Positions 1-10,224 of a DNA stretch of 64,000 nucleotides are shown here, in pieces. The DNA comes from an uncultured Pseudomonadota bacterium (GTDB lineage: Bacteria > Pseudomonadota > Alphaproteobacteria > RF32 > CAG-239). The stretch is from the NCBI GenBank assembly GCA_902763535.1, contig CACWSG010000004.1:7568-71567 (forward strand), in the 5' to 3' direction. The first letter of the stretch is position 1, and each line of letters begins with the position of its first letter. The position numbers and the translations under genes were made by a program. The notes below the pieces were generated by a model. The model did no database searches, was not told where the DNA came from, and was given only the letters and a program-made list of their open reading frames with translations.

Positions 1-146
1 TTGATAAGAAAATAGTCAATGCCATGAAGCGCGGAAGCCGCATGATTATTGACGGTACATCTTCTAAAGGAACATTAACCAAAGATACATATTCTTTGGA
101 TGGTTTTTCTTCTGCATACAAAGCTATAAGCAACAAGTGTAAATAA
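1..146 (+). CDS. 3' end of an upstream gene (last ~47 codons), possibly IalB (invasion-associated locus B) family
   Basis: Frame open from window edge to TAA 144-146 (..DGTSSKGTLTKDTYSLDGFSSAYKAISNKCK*). The stop overlaps the rlmN ATG (TAATG). Family call rests only on the remembered SL.GF..A....C C-terminal pattern. Confidence 0.4.
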   Translation, partial: DKKIVNAMKRGSRMIIDGTSSKGTLTKDTYSLDGFSSAYKAISNKCK

Positions 147-1204
147 TGAAAGACTTAATAGGATTATCCAAAGAGGAATTGCAGAACGAGATTGCCGCTA
201 TCGGCGAAAAGCCTTTTCGTGCTAAGCAGCTGTGGCAATGGATTTATTTTCATGGTGAAACGGATTTCACCAAAATGAGTAATTTTTCAAAGCCTTTGCG
301 GGAAAAGCTGCAGCAAAATTATTTTATTTCGCGCCCAAAAATTGTTACCGAACAGCAATCTTCGGATGGAACACATAAGTGGCTTTTAGAGTTTTCGGAT
401 GGTGAGCGTATAGAAACGGTCTATATCCCCGAAGAAGATCGCGGAGCGGTTTGCATATCTACGCAGGTCGGTTGTGCGGTGGGATGCAAATTTTGCCACA
501 CCGGCAGCCAAAAAATTACCCGTAATCTCAATGCCTGTGAAATTGTTGCTCAGTTTATGGTCGCCCGAGATGCATACGGTGAATGGCCATCGCCCACCAA
601 TGAAACGCGTTACCTTTCCAATATTGTGGTAATGGGAATGGGCGAGCCTTTGCACAACAAGGCTGAGGTTTTTAAGGCTCTTAAAATATTATCCGATGGC
701 GATGGAATTGCTATTTCAAAACGCCGTATAACCTTATCAACTTCCGGTATTGTGCCGCATATTGAAGCCGTTGCTCAGGAATTAGGCGTAAAATTGGCCA
801 TAAGTTTACACGCGCCCACCAATGAAAAGCGTTCGGCTATTATGCCGATTAACAATAAATACTCGATAGAACAAGTTTTGGAGGCTTGCCAAAAATATCA
901 GGCTGTCATGGGAATGAGTCGCATGATAACTTTTGAATATTTAATGCTCAAAGATTTCAATGACACCCCTGAAGATGCTCGTCTGCTGATTTCTTTGATG
1001 AAAAAGTATAAATTGGGAGCAAAATTCAATCTTATTCCCTTTAATCCGTGGCCGGGATGCGATTTTCAGCCCAGTTCCAACAATAAAGTACACGCATTTT
1101 CTAAAATATTGGAGCAGGCCGGTTATGAGGCGCCTATTCGTGTAGCCAGAGGCCAAGATATCCTCGCCGCCTGCGGGCAGCTCAAAAGCAAAGTTAGTAG
1201 CTAA
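146..1204 (+). CDS. rlmN: 23S rRNA/tRNA adenine-C2 methyltransferase RlmN (radical SAM)
   Basis: 352-aa ORF with radical-SAM CxxxCxxC (CAVGCKFC), MGMGEPL, and the C-terminal GQDILAACGQL typical of RlmN/Cfr. Confidence 0.9.
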   Translation: MKDLIGLSKEELQNEIAAIGEKPFRAKQLWQWIYFHGETDFTKMSNFSKPLREKLQQNYFISRPKIVTEQQSSDGTHKWLLEFSDGERIETVYIPEEDRGAVCISTQVGCAVGCKFCHTGSQKITRNLNACEIVAQFMVARDAYGEWPSPTNETRYLSNIVVMGMGEPLHNKAEVFKALKILSDGDGIAISKRRITLSTSGIVPHIEAVAQELGVKLAISLHAPTNEKRSAIMPINNKYSIEQVLEACQKYQAVMGMSRMITFEYLMLKDFNDTPEDARLLISLMKKYKLGAKFNLIPFNPWPGCDFQPSSNNKVHAFSKILEQAGYEAPIRVARGQDILAACGQLKSKVSS

Positions 1205-1242
1205 CTCTTGCCATCAACTACATAAAAAAACAATATGGACAA

Positions 1243-2811
1243 CTAAAACAAACTTAATATAGAGTTACTTGATTCTGACGCTAAAGCTAAAGCGTTAACA
1301 GCAAGCTGTTGGCGTGTCTGTAAGGCTAGATAATTAGCACTTTCTTCATTTATTTCAGCCAAAACTAAATTATCAGCTCCGGTTTGCAAAACATCAATTA
1401 AGCCATCGGTAAAATTTTGTCTTGTTTTAATAATGGAAAAATCATTACCCAATTGCTCGCTAATATTGCGCAAAAGTTCTGTTGCATTCTGCAATTGCAA
1501 AATGGTATTTTGCATATCCTCTACATTATTCCATTTTGCTTTGGTTATCCCCAGTGACAACGCATCGGCATTTTTGCCCAAAATTACATATCCATTTGTA
1601 CGTGTCTCATTAAATATTACTGTAAGATTGTTACCATTGAGCAAATTAATACCTTGATAAGATGCATCGTTAATCATTTTGTTGAACGAATCATACATAT
1701 TGTTAAATTGCTGACATGCCCTACTAACTTTATCATCAACGACCCATGTTCCTTTATTGCCAGTGGTATATATTGCATTTAACTCAGTAGCCCTAATATC
1801 ATCAAGTCCTTCAACATTGTAAGTTCTAATATCCGATGTGCACCACTGCGCATAATTTGAACTACCGGTATAAGGAGTTCCTGGATTAAAATTATTAGGC
1901 TGATTATATGTACTAAACTTAAAATCCTTAAGATTGATAACTCTTGCTGATCCGCCATCATCAGACACCCATGTTACCACACCGACAAGAGTTTTAGAAA
2001 CATCACCAGGATTATAATCTCTTGCTGATCCATACGTCATATCGGAATACACAACATCGCCAATTATCGGAAAACCGTCATCACTAACAAATTTATTCTC
2101 CAATAATGTCAAGGCTCTTACATATAATCCGGTGCTTTTATTCGTTTCCGACACATTACCATTGCTCATTGATATAGTCAAAGCTGTATTATCACCGCTT
2201 TCTGATGATGACCAATACGTTCCCGTCCCTATGGTAGAGGATACACTTCTGTCTATATTATATAATTCTGTAAATGCTCTATTAATAGCAGTTTTATGAT
2301 TATAAATATCAACTAATTCACAAGCTGACGGCAAATACCATTTACCTTGCCCCCAATCACCATCATTAGAACTAACTCCAGGAGCATAAAATTGACTGGT
2401 AGCTCTTGCAGCTAAACCCTTCTCTTGTAATTGATCAATGATAATAGGTGAACTTACACGCCCATCAAACTCCGGATCCGCTTCAAAATATGAGGAAACA
2501 AAACTACTCATTGCCGTGGCACTAGCCATGGAATTCATTTGTTCAATCATTTTTAAACCGGCTTCAATTCCCTCGATAGATGCTTGAATAGTTTGAATAC
2601 TCTGTCCCATACTATCCAACAAAGCGTCTAAATCTTTGGAGCGATTCGACAATGCTCTTGACTGATAATAAGATGAGGCATTATCAATTGCATCATTTAC
2701 CTTTTTACCTGTTGACAACCTTGTCTGTGTCGTTCCCATTTTTTTATTAAGTGATTTCAACGACGACAAATTACTCCGCATACTGGCCGTTAATGTTATA
2801 TTGTTTGCCAT
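1243..2811 (-). CDS. Flagellin-family protein with a large non-flagellin central insert (DUF1566/Lcl-C-like)
   Basis: N-terminus ITLTASMRSNLSSLKSL..TQTRLSTGKKVNDAIDNASSYYQSRALSNRSKDLDALLDSMGQ and C-terminus NFTDGLIDVLQTGADNLVLAEINEESANYLALQTRQQLAVNALALA match flagellin D0/D1 helices. GGAGG lies 7 nt before the ATG. The centre carries W-Y-LPS..EL / YWSSSE / YVRAL motifs. Confidence 0.8.
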   Translation of the reverse strand: MANNITLTASMRSNLSSLKSLNKKMGTTQTRLSTGKKVNDAIDNASSYYQSRALSNRSKDLDALLDSMGQSIQTIQASIEGIEAGLKMIEQMNSMASATAMSSFVSSYFEADPEFDGRVSSPIIIDQLQEKGLAARATSQFYAPGVSSNDGDWGQGKWYLPSACELVDIYNHKTAINRAFTELYNIDRSVSSTIGTGTYWSSSESGDNTALTISMSNGNVSETNKSTGLYVRALTLLENKFVSDDGFPIIGDVVYSDMTYGSARDYNPGDVSKTLVGVVTWVSDDGGSARVINLKDFKFSTYNQPNNFNPGTPYTGSSNYAQWCTSDIRTYNVEGLDDIRATELNAIYTTGNKGTWVVDDKVSRACQQFNNMYDSFNKMINDASYQGINLLNGNNLTVIFNETRTNGYVILGKNADALSLGITKAKWNNVEDMQNTILQLQNATELLRNISEQLGNDFSIIKTRQNFTDGLIDVLQTGADNLVLAEINEESANYLALQTRQQLAVNALALASESSNSILSLF

Positions 2812-2940
2812 GATGTACCTCCGGCAATACCATTACATAGCCCAACCTCTGCAAAGCTCAATAAGTTAGCATTATCTTTTACAATTAAAAAATCATCATA
2901 ATGTAATAGCGTATTGATTTTAGGTAATATTATTCCTATC

Positions 2941-2950
2941 GGGGGGGGGG
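2941..2950. repeat. G10 (C10 on the coding strand) homopolymer about 130 nt upstream of the flagellin-like gene
   Basis: Directly visible run gggggggggg in an AT-rich intergenic region. On the minus strand it reads TTGTTG-C10-gatagga-(a)TAATAT. Confidence 0.9.
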
Positions 2951-3271
2951 CAACAAAACATCGCGCCCTCACACAAGTGCACAAAAGATGATATCCTCCT
3001 AAAAGACCTGCCTTTCATAGCATTTCCCCTAACTTTTCGTTGTTTTCACACCACTACGTTATTTATATTATACAATAAACAAAAATACTTGCAATCAAAA
3101 ATACTTCCACGACCACAAAAACATTCTAACATCAAGAAGTTAAATAAACATTAATGTTAATCTAATCTATTTGTGGGCAATTAAAGAGCAAAAATTTAAC
3201 AAAATTAACATAATTTTTACCATAAAATAGTGTTATAATAAAAAGTGTCACGATAGCAAAAGGAGGGGGCT

Positions 3272-4831
3272 ATGCGAAAAGTTGTTATTTTCGGAGCGGT
3301 GTGTAGTGCGTTGCTTGTTTCTTCATCAGCATCGGCTAAAATTACTCCTATTCAGCAATATAAGTTTGGAGAATTAAATCTTGAAAATGATTTCAGATGT
3401 GAGGATATGGACGGATATTATTCTTCCGAACCAGCAGGTCATCAATGTAGCAAAAAAAGCTTTAAAGGGCATGAATGTTACTATAATTGCACTCTAGTGT
3501 GCAACAGTAGTGATTATCCTTATACGGAAAGTAATTGTGTAACCGCCAAGCACGGAGCATTGGGCGGAAATTCTTGCACATTTGAAGGCATAACTCGTTA
3601 CAAAACTTGTTCATGTTCCGATGATTATACAACCTGCGCTTCGCCTAAAACTCACTCAGATGAAGTTTGTACAGCCGATGGTGAAGCCAAATATAAAAAT
3701 TGCGCTTGCCCTGCTGAATATCAATATGCTTGTGATGGAGCCAATCAAACCGGCAGCGGACAATCTTGTGACGGAAGATATACGGCTTGTAATACGACTT
3801 GCCCAGGATCTTATAACAAATTGTGTGATGGTGTCGGAGAAGTCGGTGTAGGTACGCAATGCGGCGGCAAATATCAAAGTTGTGCCTGTGCCAGCACCTA
3901 TCACACTTGCAGTGGTAACGGAGTTGTAGGGATAGGGCAGGCCTGCACAACAGATGGTGGTAACAAATATGCTTCCTGCGGTTGCTCAAGCAATTACAAC
4001 TATTGTGCAAGCAATCAAACCGGTGTCGGTACTCCCTGTACTGCTGATGGTGGAAATAAATACACCAGTTGTGAAACAGTTCCGGAATGTTCTGCAGGTA
4101 AAATTTTGGCCGATGATATGAATTGTTATTCACAATTACCTGTAGGCAGAACAGCTATAGGTGTTATGTTTACTGAGGATTTGGCGGTTGATATTGCGGC
4201 AGTTTCAAGAAACACTTCAACTTATACAGCCGAATTCAGTACCGAAGCTATGAGCTGCAATTATTCTTCTGATTATAGTTTTGGGGCAAACGGAAAGCCT
4301 TGTAACTTTTTGCAGGGGTATCATGTAGGAGTTTCCTCCAGCAGTAGACCTTATTCATGTTATTGCTATGAAAACGGGCAATACGAAACTTATAAGGCCA
4401 ATGCCGTGACTACTGCAAGTAATCCTAAAGGAAAGACCGATACGGCTACTTTTGTAACAAGATTTGGTAGTACCAGCTACGGAGGCAATACTTATTCTGG
4501 AACACCTTTCCATATATGTTACAATAAAACAACATCAGGGTTAGCAGCTCACAGTTGGTTTTTACCGGCTGTAGGTGATATTATTGCTCTAAAGAATAAT
4601 TTGTCTGCAGTTAACAATGGGCTGGAAGCGGTTGGAGGTTTAACTATTTCAAACGGCACCAGTAGCGGTTGTGGAGTAGATGCAATGAATTCATCAACTC
4701 CGCAATATGGTTATGTTTCGAGTAGTGGTAGCGCTTGGTCCTCAGCTTACTTTGCCAGAACCGGACAAGTTACATACGGACAAGGTAATACTCGTTGTAT
4801 TATATCTCGAGCATTAACCACTGCAAACTAA
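3272..4831 (+). CDS. Secreted cysteine-rich repeat protein with DUF1566-like C-terminal domain
   Basis: Signal peptide MRKVVIFGAVCSALLVSSSASA. About 6 degenerate Cys repeats (C..DG(G/E).KY..C.C...Y..C). C-terminus has HSWFLPAVGDIIAL ... SAWSSAYF ... RCIISRAL. Strong RBS AAGGAGGGGG. Confidence 0.7.
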   Translation: MRKVVIFGAVCSALLVSSSASAKITPIQQYKFGELNLENDFRCEDMDGYYSSEPAGHQCSKKSFKGHECYYNCTLVCNSSDYPYTESNCVTAKHGALGGNSCTFEGITRYKTCSCSDDYTTCASPKTHSDEVCTADGEAKYKNCACPAEYQYACDGANQTGSGQSCDGRYTACNTTCPGSYNKLCDGVGEVGVGTQCGGKYQSCACASTYHTCSGNGVVGIGQACTTDGGNKYASCGCSSNYNYCASNQTGVGTPCTADGGNKYTSCETVPECSAGKILADDMNCYSQLPVGRTAIGVMFTEDLAVDIAAVSRNTSTYTAEFSTEAMSCNYSSDYSFGANGKPCNFLQGYHVGVSSSSRPYSCYCYENGQYETYKANAVTTASNPKGKTDTATFVTRFGSTSYGGNTYSGTPFHICYNKTTSGLAAHSWFLPAVGDIIALKNNLSAVNNGLEAVGGLTISNGTSSGCGVDAMNSSTPQYGYVSSSGSAWSSAYFARTGQVTYGQGNTRCIISRALTTAN

Positions 4832-4845
4832 ATGCTGATTAAAAA

Positions 4846-4878
4846 AATAGCGGTTATCATGAGATAGCCGCTATTTTT
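4846..4878. terminator. Bidirectional intrinsic terminator between the Cys-rich gene and clpB
   Basis: 13-bp stem aatagcggttatc/gatagccgctatt with 4-nt loop, A-run before and T-run after. Confidence 0.7.
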
Positions 4879-4888
4879 AGTGAAATTA

Positions 4889-7480
4889 TTATTTCTTTTC
4901 TTTAGCTTTGGTTATTTCCAGCCCTCCGTTAAGGACAATTATCTCAGCTGTATCATTGTCTTTAATGTCGCCGTTGATAATTTTAACCGCCAGCTTATTT
5001 TCTATATTATTTTTGAGCAGGCGTTTAAGCGGACGCGCTCCATAAATCGGATCATAACCATTGTTGACAATCCATACAAAAGCGGTGTCGTGTACTTTGA
5101 GTTTTATATTACGCGAGCTCAAACGCTTTTCGATATTAGCAATTTGAATTTGGGCTATTTCTTTGATTGCACTCTTATCCAAGCGATGGAAAATGGTTAT
5201 TTCATCAATTCGGTTGATAAATTCAGGACGAAAAGCACCCTTTACAATATCCATTACTTGAGCACGAATTTTCTTGCCATCATCAGCACCACTGACATTG
5301 CTTAAAATTTCTGATCCGAGGTTTGAAGTCATTATAATCAAGGTATTTTTAAAATCTACCGTGCGTCCTTTACCATCGGTAAGTCTGCCATCATCAAGTA
5401 CTTGCAGCAAAATATTAAAGACATCGGGATGAGCCTTTTCCACTTCATCAAACAAAATTACCTGATAAGGGCGGCGTCGTACCGCTTCTGTCAAAAATCC
5501 TCCTTCTTCATAACCGACATATCCCGGAGGAGAGCCGATTAAACGAGCAACGGCGTGCTTTTCCATGTATTCTGACATATCAACTCGCAAAATCGCGCGT
5601 TCGTCATTGAATAAAAATTCAGCTACGGCTTTGCTGAGTTCGGTTTTGCCTACACCGGTCGGTCCAAGGAACAAAAACGATCCAATCGGTTGGTTGGCAT
5701 CAGAAATGCCGGCTCTTGAGCGTCGAATTGCATTGGCTATGGCCGAGATTGCCTCTTTTTGCCCGACTACACGACGGCTGAGATATTCTTCCATCTTCAG
5801 CAATTTTTCTTTTTCGCCGGTCAGCATTTTATCGACCGGAATACCGGTGCGTTTTGATACAACATGAGCTATATCTTCTTCGGTGACAGTTTCAGAGAAG
5901 GAGCTTTTTTTGTTGCCGTTAAGTTTTTCAGCTTCGGCAATTTTCTTTTCCAAATCAGGAATGATGCTGTATTGCAATTCTCCGGCACGTTCAAATTTGC
6001 CTTCTCTTTTGGCGATATCAACCTCAATTTTAGCTTTGTCAAGTTTGTCTTTTAAAATCGTAAAATCAGCCAAATCGCGCTTATTTTTTTGCCACTTATC
6101 TTCCATTGCCGAGGCTTTGCTTTGTAATGCGTTGATTTCATAATTAATACTCTGTAATCTTTCTTTCGATTGCGCATCGTTTTCTTTGCTCAAAGCGGCA
6201 GCTTCGATTTTGAGTTGAGTTATTTTTCTATCCAACTCGTCCAAATCTTCCGGTTTTGAATCAATAGCCATACGCAAAGCACTGGCTGCTTCATCCATCA
6301 AATCAATGGCCTTATCGGGTAAAAATCTGTCATTTATGTATCTGTCTGATAAAGTGGCTGCGGCTAATAGAGCATTATCAGAGATTTTTACTCCGTGATG
6401 CAGTTCAAATTTTTCCTTTATGCCGCGCAAAATTGAAACAGTGTCTTCAACAGTCGGTTCAGCTACATAAATTTCTTGAAAGCGTCGAGCCAGTGCCGCA
6501 TCTTTTTCGATGTACTTTTTATATTCATTTAAGGTAGTTGCTCCCATGCAGTGCAATTCGCCGCGTGCCAAAGCAGGTTTCAGCAGATTGGACGCATCCA
6601 TAGACCCTTCGGCCGCTCCGGCACCCACAAGAGTATGCATCTCATCAATAAAAAGTATTATTTCTCCTTGAGCTGCTTCAATATCTTTCAAAACAGCTTT
6701 CAACCGTTCTTCAAATTCACCTCTGAATTTTGCGCCGGCAATTAATGCGCCTAAATCCAAAGACAATAAACGCTTTCCCTGTAAGCTTTCCGGTACATCA
6801 TTATTAATTATACGATTGGCCAATCCTTCGACAATAGCGGTTTTGCCTACTCCGGGTTCACCGATTAATACAGGGTTGTTTTTCGTACGCCGTGATAAAA
6901 CCTGAACGGCACGCCTGATTTCTTGTTCGCGTCCGATAACCGGATCAAGCTTTCCTTCTTTGGCGCGTTGAGTTACATCAATGGTGAATTTTTTTAAGGC
7001 ATCAAATGTATCCTCAGCAGTTTGACTTTCGGCCAAGCGTCCTTGTCTGTATTCATTAATGGCGGCATTTAGTTTAGCCGCATCTAATCCGGCCTTGGAT
7101 AAAATGGTACAAGCATCGCTGCTGGGATTAATTGTCAAAGCTTGTAACAAACGTTCTACTGTTACAAATTTATCATTAGCTTTTTCTGCTAATTTTTCAG
7201 CCTCTTGCATGGTGTAGGTAAATTCTTGGCTCATTAATGTTTGTACGGATCCGCCGGCAACTTGAGGCAGCTTAGCAATTTCCGCATCAACACCTTCTTT
7301 GACCGAAGCAACAGAAGCTCCCGCTTTTGTAATCAAATCATTTATAACCGGATTTTTAGCATTCAAAAGAGCTTTCAATAAATGCAATGGTGTAACATAT
7401 TGATTTTTAGCCGCCACAGCCATATTAACGGTCTTTTCAATAATGTCTTTTGATTTATCAGTAAGTTTTTCAAAATCCAT
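4889..7480 (-). CDS. clpB: ATP-dependent chaperone/disaggregase ClpB
   Basis: 863 aa with two AAA+ modules (GEPGVGKT and GPTGVGKT Walker A), a long middle coiled-coil, and a Clp N-domain. Confidence 0.95.
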   Translation of the reverse strand: MDFEKLTDKSKDIIEKTVNMAVAAKNQYVTPLHLLKALLNAKNPVINDLITKAGASVASVKEGVDAEIAKLPQVAGGSVQTLMSQEFTYTMQEAEKLAEKANDKFVTVERLLQALTINPSSDACTILSKAGLDAAKLNAAINEYRQGRLAESQTAEDTFDALKKFTIDVTQRAKEGKLDPVIGREQEIRRAVQVLSRRTKNNPVLIGEPGVGKTAIVEGLANRIINNDVPESLQGKRLLSLDLGALIAGAKFRGEFEERLKAVLKDIEAAQGEIILFIDEMHTLVGAGAAEGSMDASNLLKPALARGELHCMGATTLNEYKKYIEKDAALARRFQEIYVAEPTVEDTVSILRGIKEKFELHHGVKISDNALLAAATLSDRYINDRFLPDKAIDLMDEAASALRMAIDSKPEDLDELDRKITQLKIEAAALSKENDAQSKERLQSINYEINALQSKASAMEDKWQKNKRDLADFTILKDKLDKAKIEVDIAKREGKFERAGELQYSIIPDLEKKIAEAEKLNGNKKSSFSETVTEEDIAHVVSKRTGIPVDKMLTGEKEKLLKMEEYLSRRVVGQKEAISAIANAIRRSRAGISDANQPIGSFLFLGPTGVGKTELSKAVAEFLFNDERAILRVDMSEYMEKHAVARLIGSPPGYVGYEEGGFLTEAVRRRPYQVILFDEVEKAHPDVFNILLQVLDDGRLTDGKGRTVDFKNTLIIMTSNLGSEILSNVSGADDGKKIRAQVMDIVKGAFRPEFINRIDEITIFHRLDKSAIKEIAQIQIANIEKRLSSRNIKLKVHDTAFVWIVNNGYDPIYGARPLKRLLKNNIENKLAVKIINGDIKDNDTAEIIVLNGGLEITKAKEKK

Positions 7481-7513
7481 GACTTTTATCTCCCATACAT
7501 CTTCTAATATATA

Positions 7514-7543
7514 ATATAGGAAATACTATGGTTAAAAATCAAG
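7514..7543 (-). promoter_or_regulatory. Sigma-32 (RpoH)-type heat-shock promoter for clpB
   Basis: Minus strand reads CTTGAT-N17-CCTATAT about 35 nt upstream of the clpB ATG. This matches the remembered alphaproteobacterial sigma-32 consensus CTTG-N17/18-CYTATNT. Confidence 0.5.
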
Positions 7544-7557
7544 AGACTTTTTGTGAT

Positions 7558-8697
7558 TTATTGTTTAGGGTGCAAATTTACAACGGCAATGTCAGCAGGA
7601 GCCAATAAACGCATATTCGGTCCTAAGGTTCCGGCGCCGCGTGAAACAAACAAATCAATATCGTTAACTTTGTATGTTCCGGCCAAATAATGATTAAGTT
7701 TTTGCACAAACCAGTGAACAGGGAAAAATTGACCGCCATGGGTGCGTCCCGACAACACAATATCAAACAACTCTTTAGATAAAGCATCTACAATTAAAGG
7801 TGAGTGGGATAACAAAACTCTGTAATTTTCTTTTTTTGATTTATAGATGGTGCGCCACAAATTTATTCTTTCGGCCATTGTAGAATAGTCAGGAATTCCG
7901 GCTATAAATATATTGGCAATTTTAATTGTCGCCCCGCCGTTAAACAAAAAGGTTATTCCTCTCTGCTCAAAAGCTTTTTTTGCATCATAAACATTATTAT
8001 AAAATTCATGATCTCCCATTATTGCATAAATGCCATAGGGAGCACTCAACTCGCGCAACTCATCTAACAAACCGTTTATCTTATTTATATTATCTCCGAT
8101 TGTGTCACCGGTAAGTACAATGGCGTCCGGAGATAAGGCGTTTACTTGATCAACAATGCTCTTAACTCTCTCTTTAGAAGTAGTTCTTGATATGTGTAAA
8201 TCACTTACTTGCACAATCTTTACATTGTTTTTTATCTTGTCACTGTAAAAATTTAATTCTTCTACATAAGGCAGTTTATTGGCTTGCCATGCAGCATAAA
8301 AACAAACTACAAAACTCAGGATAATTACCGCAAAATTGGTTTTATTTAATTTATCGCTGTTATTAGGATCCCATTCCCAAGAAGCTTTATCAAACAATTT
8401 TAAGAGTCTGAATAAAATAAACCAAAAAATATCGCGCAGCATCAAGCAAACAAACAAAATAAACACAAATGCCAGCATACAGTAAAAAATTTGATGCAGT
8501 GAAGTATATGTCATGTCGGTGACAAGATCATATTTCCCGACAAAATATAATATTGGAGCTCCAAACCAGCCAATTATAACCAACGCAATCACAGAATTTT
8601 TAATAATTGGGCTGAAATCACTATAACCAACCAAGTTTCTTATGGTTATTATAGAACAAGCAGCTGCTATTATAACAAAAGCCAATATTACAGACAT
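7558..8697 (-). CDS. Membrane-anchored metallophosphoesterase (YaeI/YkuE-like)
   Basis: N-terminal TM helices followed by calcineurin-like motifs VQVSDLHIS, LTGDTI, GDHEF, LLSHSP, GRTHGGQ. Confidence 0.75.
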   Translation of the reverse strand: MSVILAFVIIAAACSIITIRNLVGYSDFSPIIKNSVIALVIIGWFGAPILYFVGKYDLVTDMTYTSLHQIFYCMLAFVFILFVCLMLRDIFWFILFRLLKLFDKASWEWDPNNSDKLNKTNFAVIILSFVVCFYAAWQANKLPYVEELNFYSDKIKNNVKIVQVSDLHISRTTSKERVKSIVDQVNALSPDAIVLTGDTIGDNINKINGLLDELRELSAPYGIYAIMGDHEFYNNVYDAKKAFEQRGITFLFNGGATIKIANIFIAGIPDYSTMAERINLWRTIYKSKKENYRVLLSHSPLIVDALSKELFDIVLSGRTHGGQFFPVHWFVQKLNHYLAGTYKVNDIDLFVSRGAGTLGPNMRLLAPADIAVVNLHPKQ

Positions 8698-8717
8698 AAT
8701 ATCCCTTTACCGTTCAC

Positions 8718-9224
8718 CTATTCGTTAGCAATATTTTCGTTATCTTCTTTTTTTTGTCTTGATTTATAAACGCGGCGAGTTTTAGGCTCGGCCTGCTTTT
8801 CTTCAGTTATCTCAATTACTTTGAAAGATTTTTTAGGTTTTGTTTCAACCAAAGTATTGCCGATATCACTATTTTGGGAAGTTGTATTTTCTTCTTCCGA
8901 TACAGCCTCTGCGACAGAAGCATCATTTATATCGGCAACCGTATTATTATCTATTGAAGGAGTTGTATCTTTGGGCTCAAAACGTTGTTTGCGCTCATTT
9001 ATTTCGGTTACAATTTTGCGATAATGTTCAGCATACTGACGAAAAACCTCAGCTTCCACATAATCTCCGTTGCCATGTGCCTCTTTAGCCAAGTCATTAT
9101 AGCGTTTGATAAGATCCAAAGCTGTGCCGCAGCATTTTCCTGCCGGAGAAACGCTGTCAAATTTGTAATTCAAAGAATATCCCTGATTATTATAGTTATT
9201 ATTGCGAAATTTATTTTTTTTCAT
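8718..9224 (-). CDS. DUF4167-domain protein
   Basis: GTALDLIKRYNDLAKEAHGNGDYVEAEVFRQYAEHYRKI matches the DUF4167 core (..Y..LA.DA...GD...AE...QHAEHY). Position next to prmC is typical of Alphaproteobacteria. Confidence 0.65.
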   Translation of the reverse strand: MKKNKFRNNNYNNQGYSLNYKFDSVSPAGKCCGTALDLIKRYNDLAKEAHGNGDYVEAEVFRQYAEHYRKIVTEINERKQRFEPKDTTPSIDNNTVADINDASVAEAVSEEENTTSQNSDIGNTLVETKPKKSFKVIEITEEKQAEPKTRRVYKSRQKKEDNENIANE

Positions 9225-9351
9225 AAAACACTACCACATAAGGCGCTCTACAATTAGCGCAGTTAAAAACATAAAAACAGAAAATTGCGTGGCACACCCG
9301 CTTAACGCCACATTTTAAGGGCATAATAATCAAAAATTTATTAAAAGCAAA

Positions 9352-10212
9352 TCATTTTTTTAAAATTATACAGCGGTCAATATTGTTTAAATCTTTTAAG
9401 ATTTTTAGGCATTGCATTTTATAGCCTTCTGCCATTTGTTTAATTTGTCTTAGTTGCTGTCCGTCTCCGGCTTCAAGTATAATTATGCCATTTGGCTTTA
9501 ATAACTTTTCGGATACTTGCAAAATTCGATTATAGTCTTTTAAGCCATTTGCTCCTCCGTCTAAGGCAATTAGCGGATCAAAGTCTTTTACTTCTATATC
9601 CAATTTATCAATTTCCGAAGTGGCAATGTATGGAGGATTGCTTACAACCATATCAAAAGGTGCATAATCGCTTAATTTTTCAATTATATCTTCATCAAAC
9701 CAACTGGCTTTAAGCAAATTTAGGCGTTCGGGTTCTATCTTAAGATTTTCCGCATTAAGATCTGTTATTGCCAGTGCGGCATCGGACACATCTATTCCTA
9801 CTCCGGAGACAAAGGGCAAATCGGCCAAAACAGACAAGATAATACAACCTGAACCGACACCAAGTTCTAAAATATTGGCATTTTGAGATGGTGCCAATAA
9901 TTCTATGGCTTTTTCTACCAAAATTTCCGTGTCATATCTTGGTGAAAGAACATCATCAGACACAGCAAAGTCATATTTATAAAATCCTTTTTTGCCGATA
10001 ATTTTATCAATCGGACGATGGTTGCATCTTTCTTTTAGCATATCATCCAAAAGAGCTGCCTGATGTTCAGTTATTTCCATATTGGGGGATATATTTTTGG
10101 GCTCAATTCCTAAAATATGAGCAAGAAGCAATTTTATCTCAAAAACAGACGAATCAATGCCGCTTTCCAGCAGCATTTTCAGTCTGTCGTTTATAAAATC
10201 ATTAATATTCAA
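9352..10212 (-). CDS. prmC: Release-factor glutamine N5-methyltransferase PrmC
   Basis: SAM motif LELGVGSGC and catalytic NPPY (VSNPPYI). 286 aa. Confidence 0.85.
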   Translation of the reverse strand: MNINDFINDRLKMLLESGIDSSVFEIKLLLAHILGIEPKNISPNMEITEHQAALLDDMLKERCNHRPIDKIIGKKGFYKYDFAVSDDVLSPRYDTEILVEKAIELLAPSQNANILELGVGSGCIILSVLADLPFVSGVGIDVSDAALAITDLNAENLKIEPERLNLLKASWFDEDIIEKLSDYAPFDMVVSNPPYIATSEIDKLDIEVKDFDPLIALDGGANGLKDYNRILQVSEKLLKPNGIIILEAGDGQQLRQIKQMAEGYKMQCLKILKDLNNIDRCIILKK

Positions 10213-10224
10213 ATTTTCCTCAAA

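Noticed and set aside
2812-3270. Sigma-28 (TAAA-N15-GCCGATAA) or sigma-54 (TGGCAC-N5-TTGCA) promoter for the flagellin-like gene
   Set aside because: Only partial resemblances were found: cccgatag overlapping the C-tract, and a ttgca with no correctly spaced GG. This is not enough to call.
3621-4133. Several ORFs overlapping the Cys-repeat gene in other frames or on the other strand
   Set aside because: They are shadow ORFs produced by the repetitive coding sequence. Only the plus-strand frame starting at 3272 has a signal peptide, an RBS and a consistent repeat structure.
1243-4831. Diversity-generating retroelement targeting the DUF1566-like domains. C-type-lectin-like domains of this kind are, to my recollection, known DGR targets.
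   Set aside because: No reverse transcriptase ORF exists in the window, and I found no template/variable repeat pair matching the C-terminal coding regions.
9270-9300. TGGCAC-N5-CTTAA, a sigma-54-like string between the DUF4167 gene and prmC
   Set aside because: The -12 element lacks the GC dinucleotide, and the string is on the strand opposite the flanking genes.
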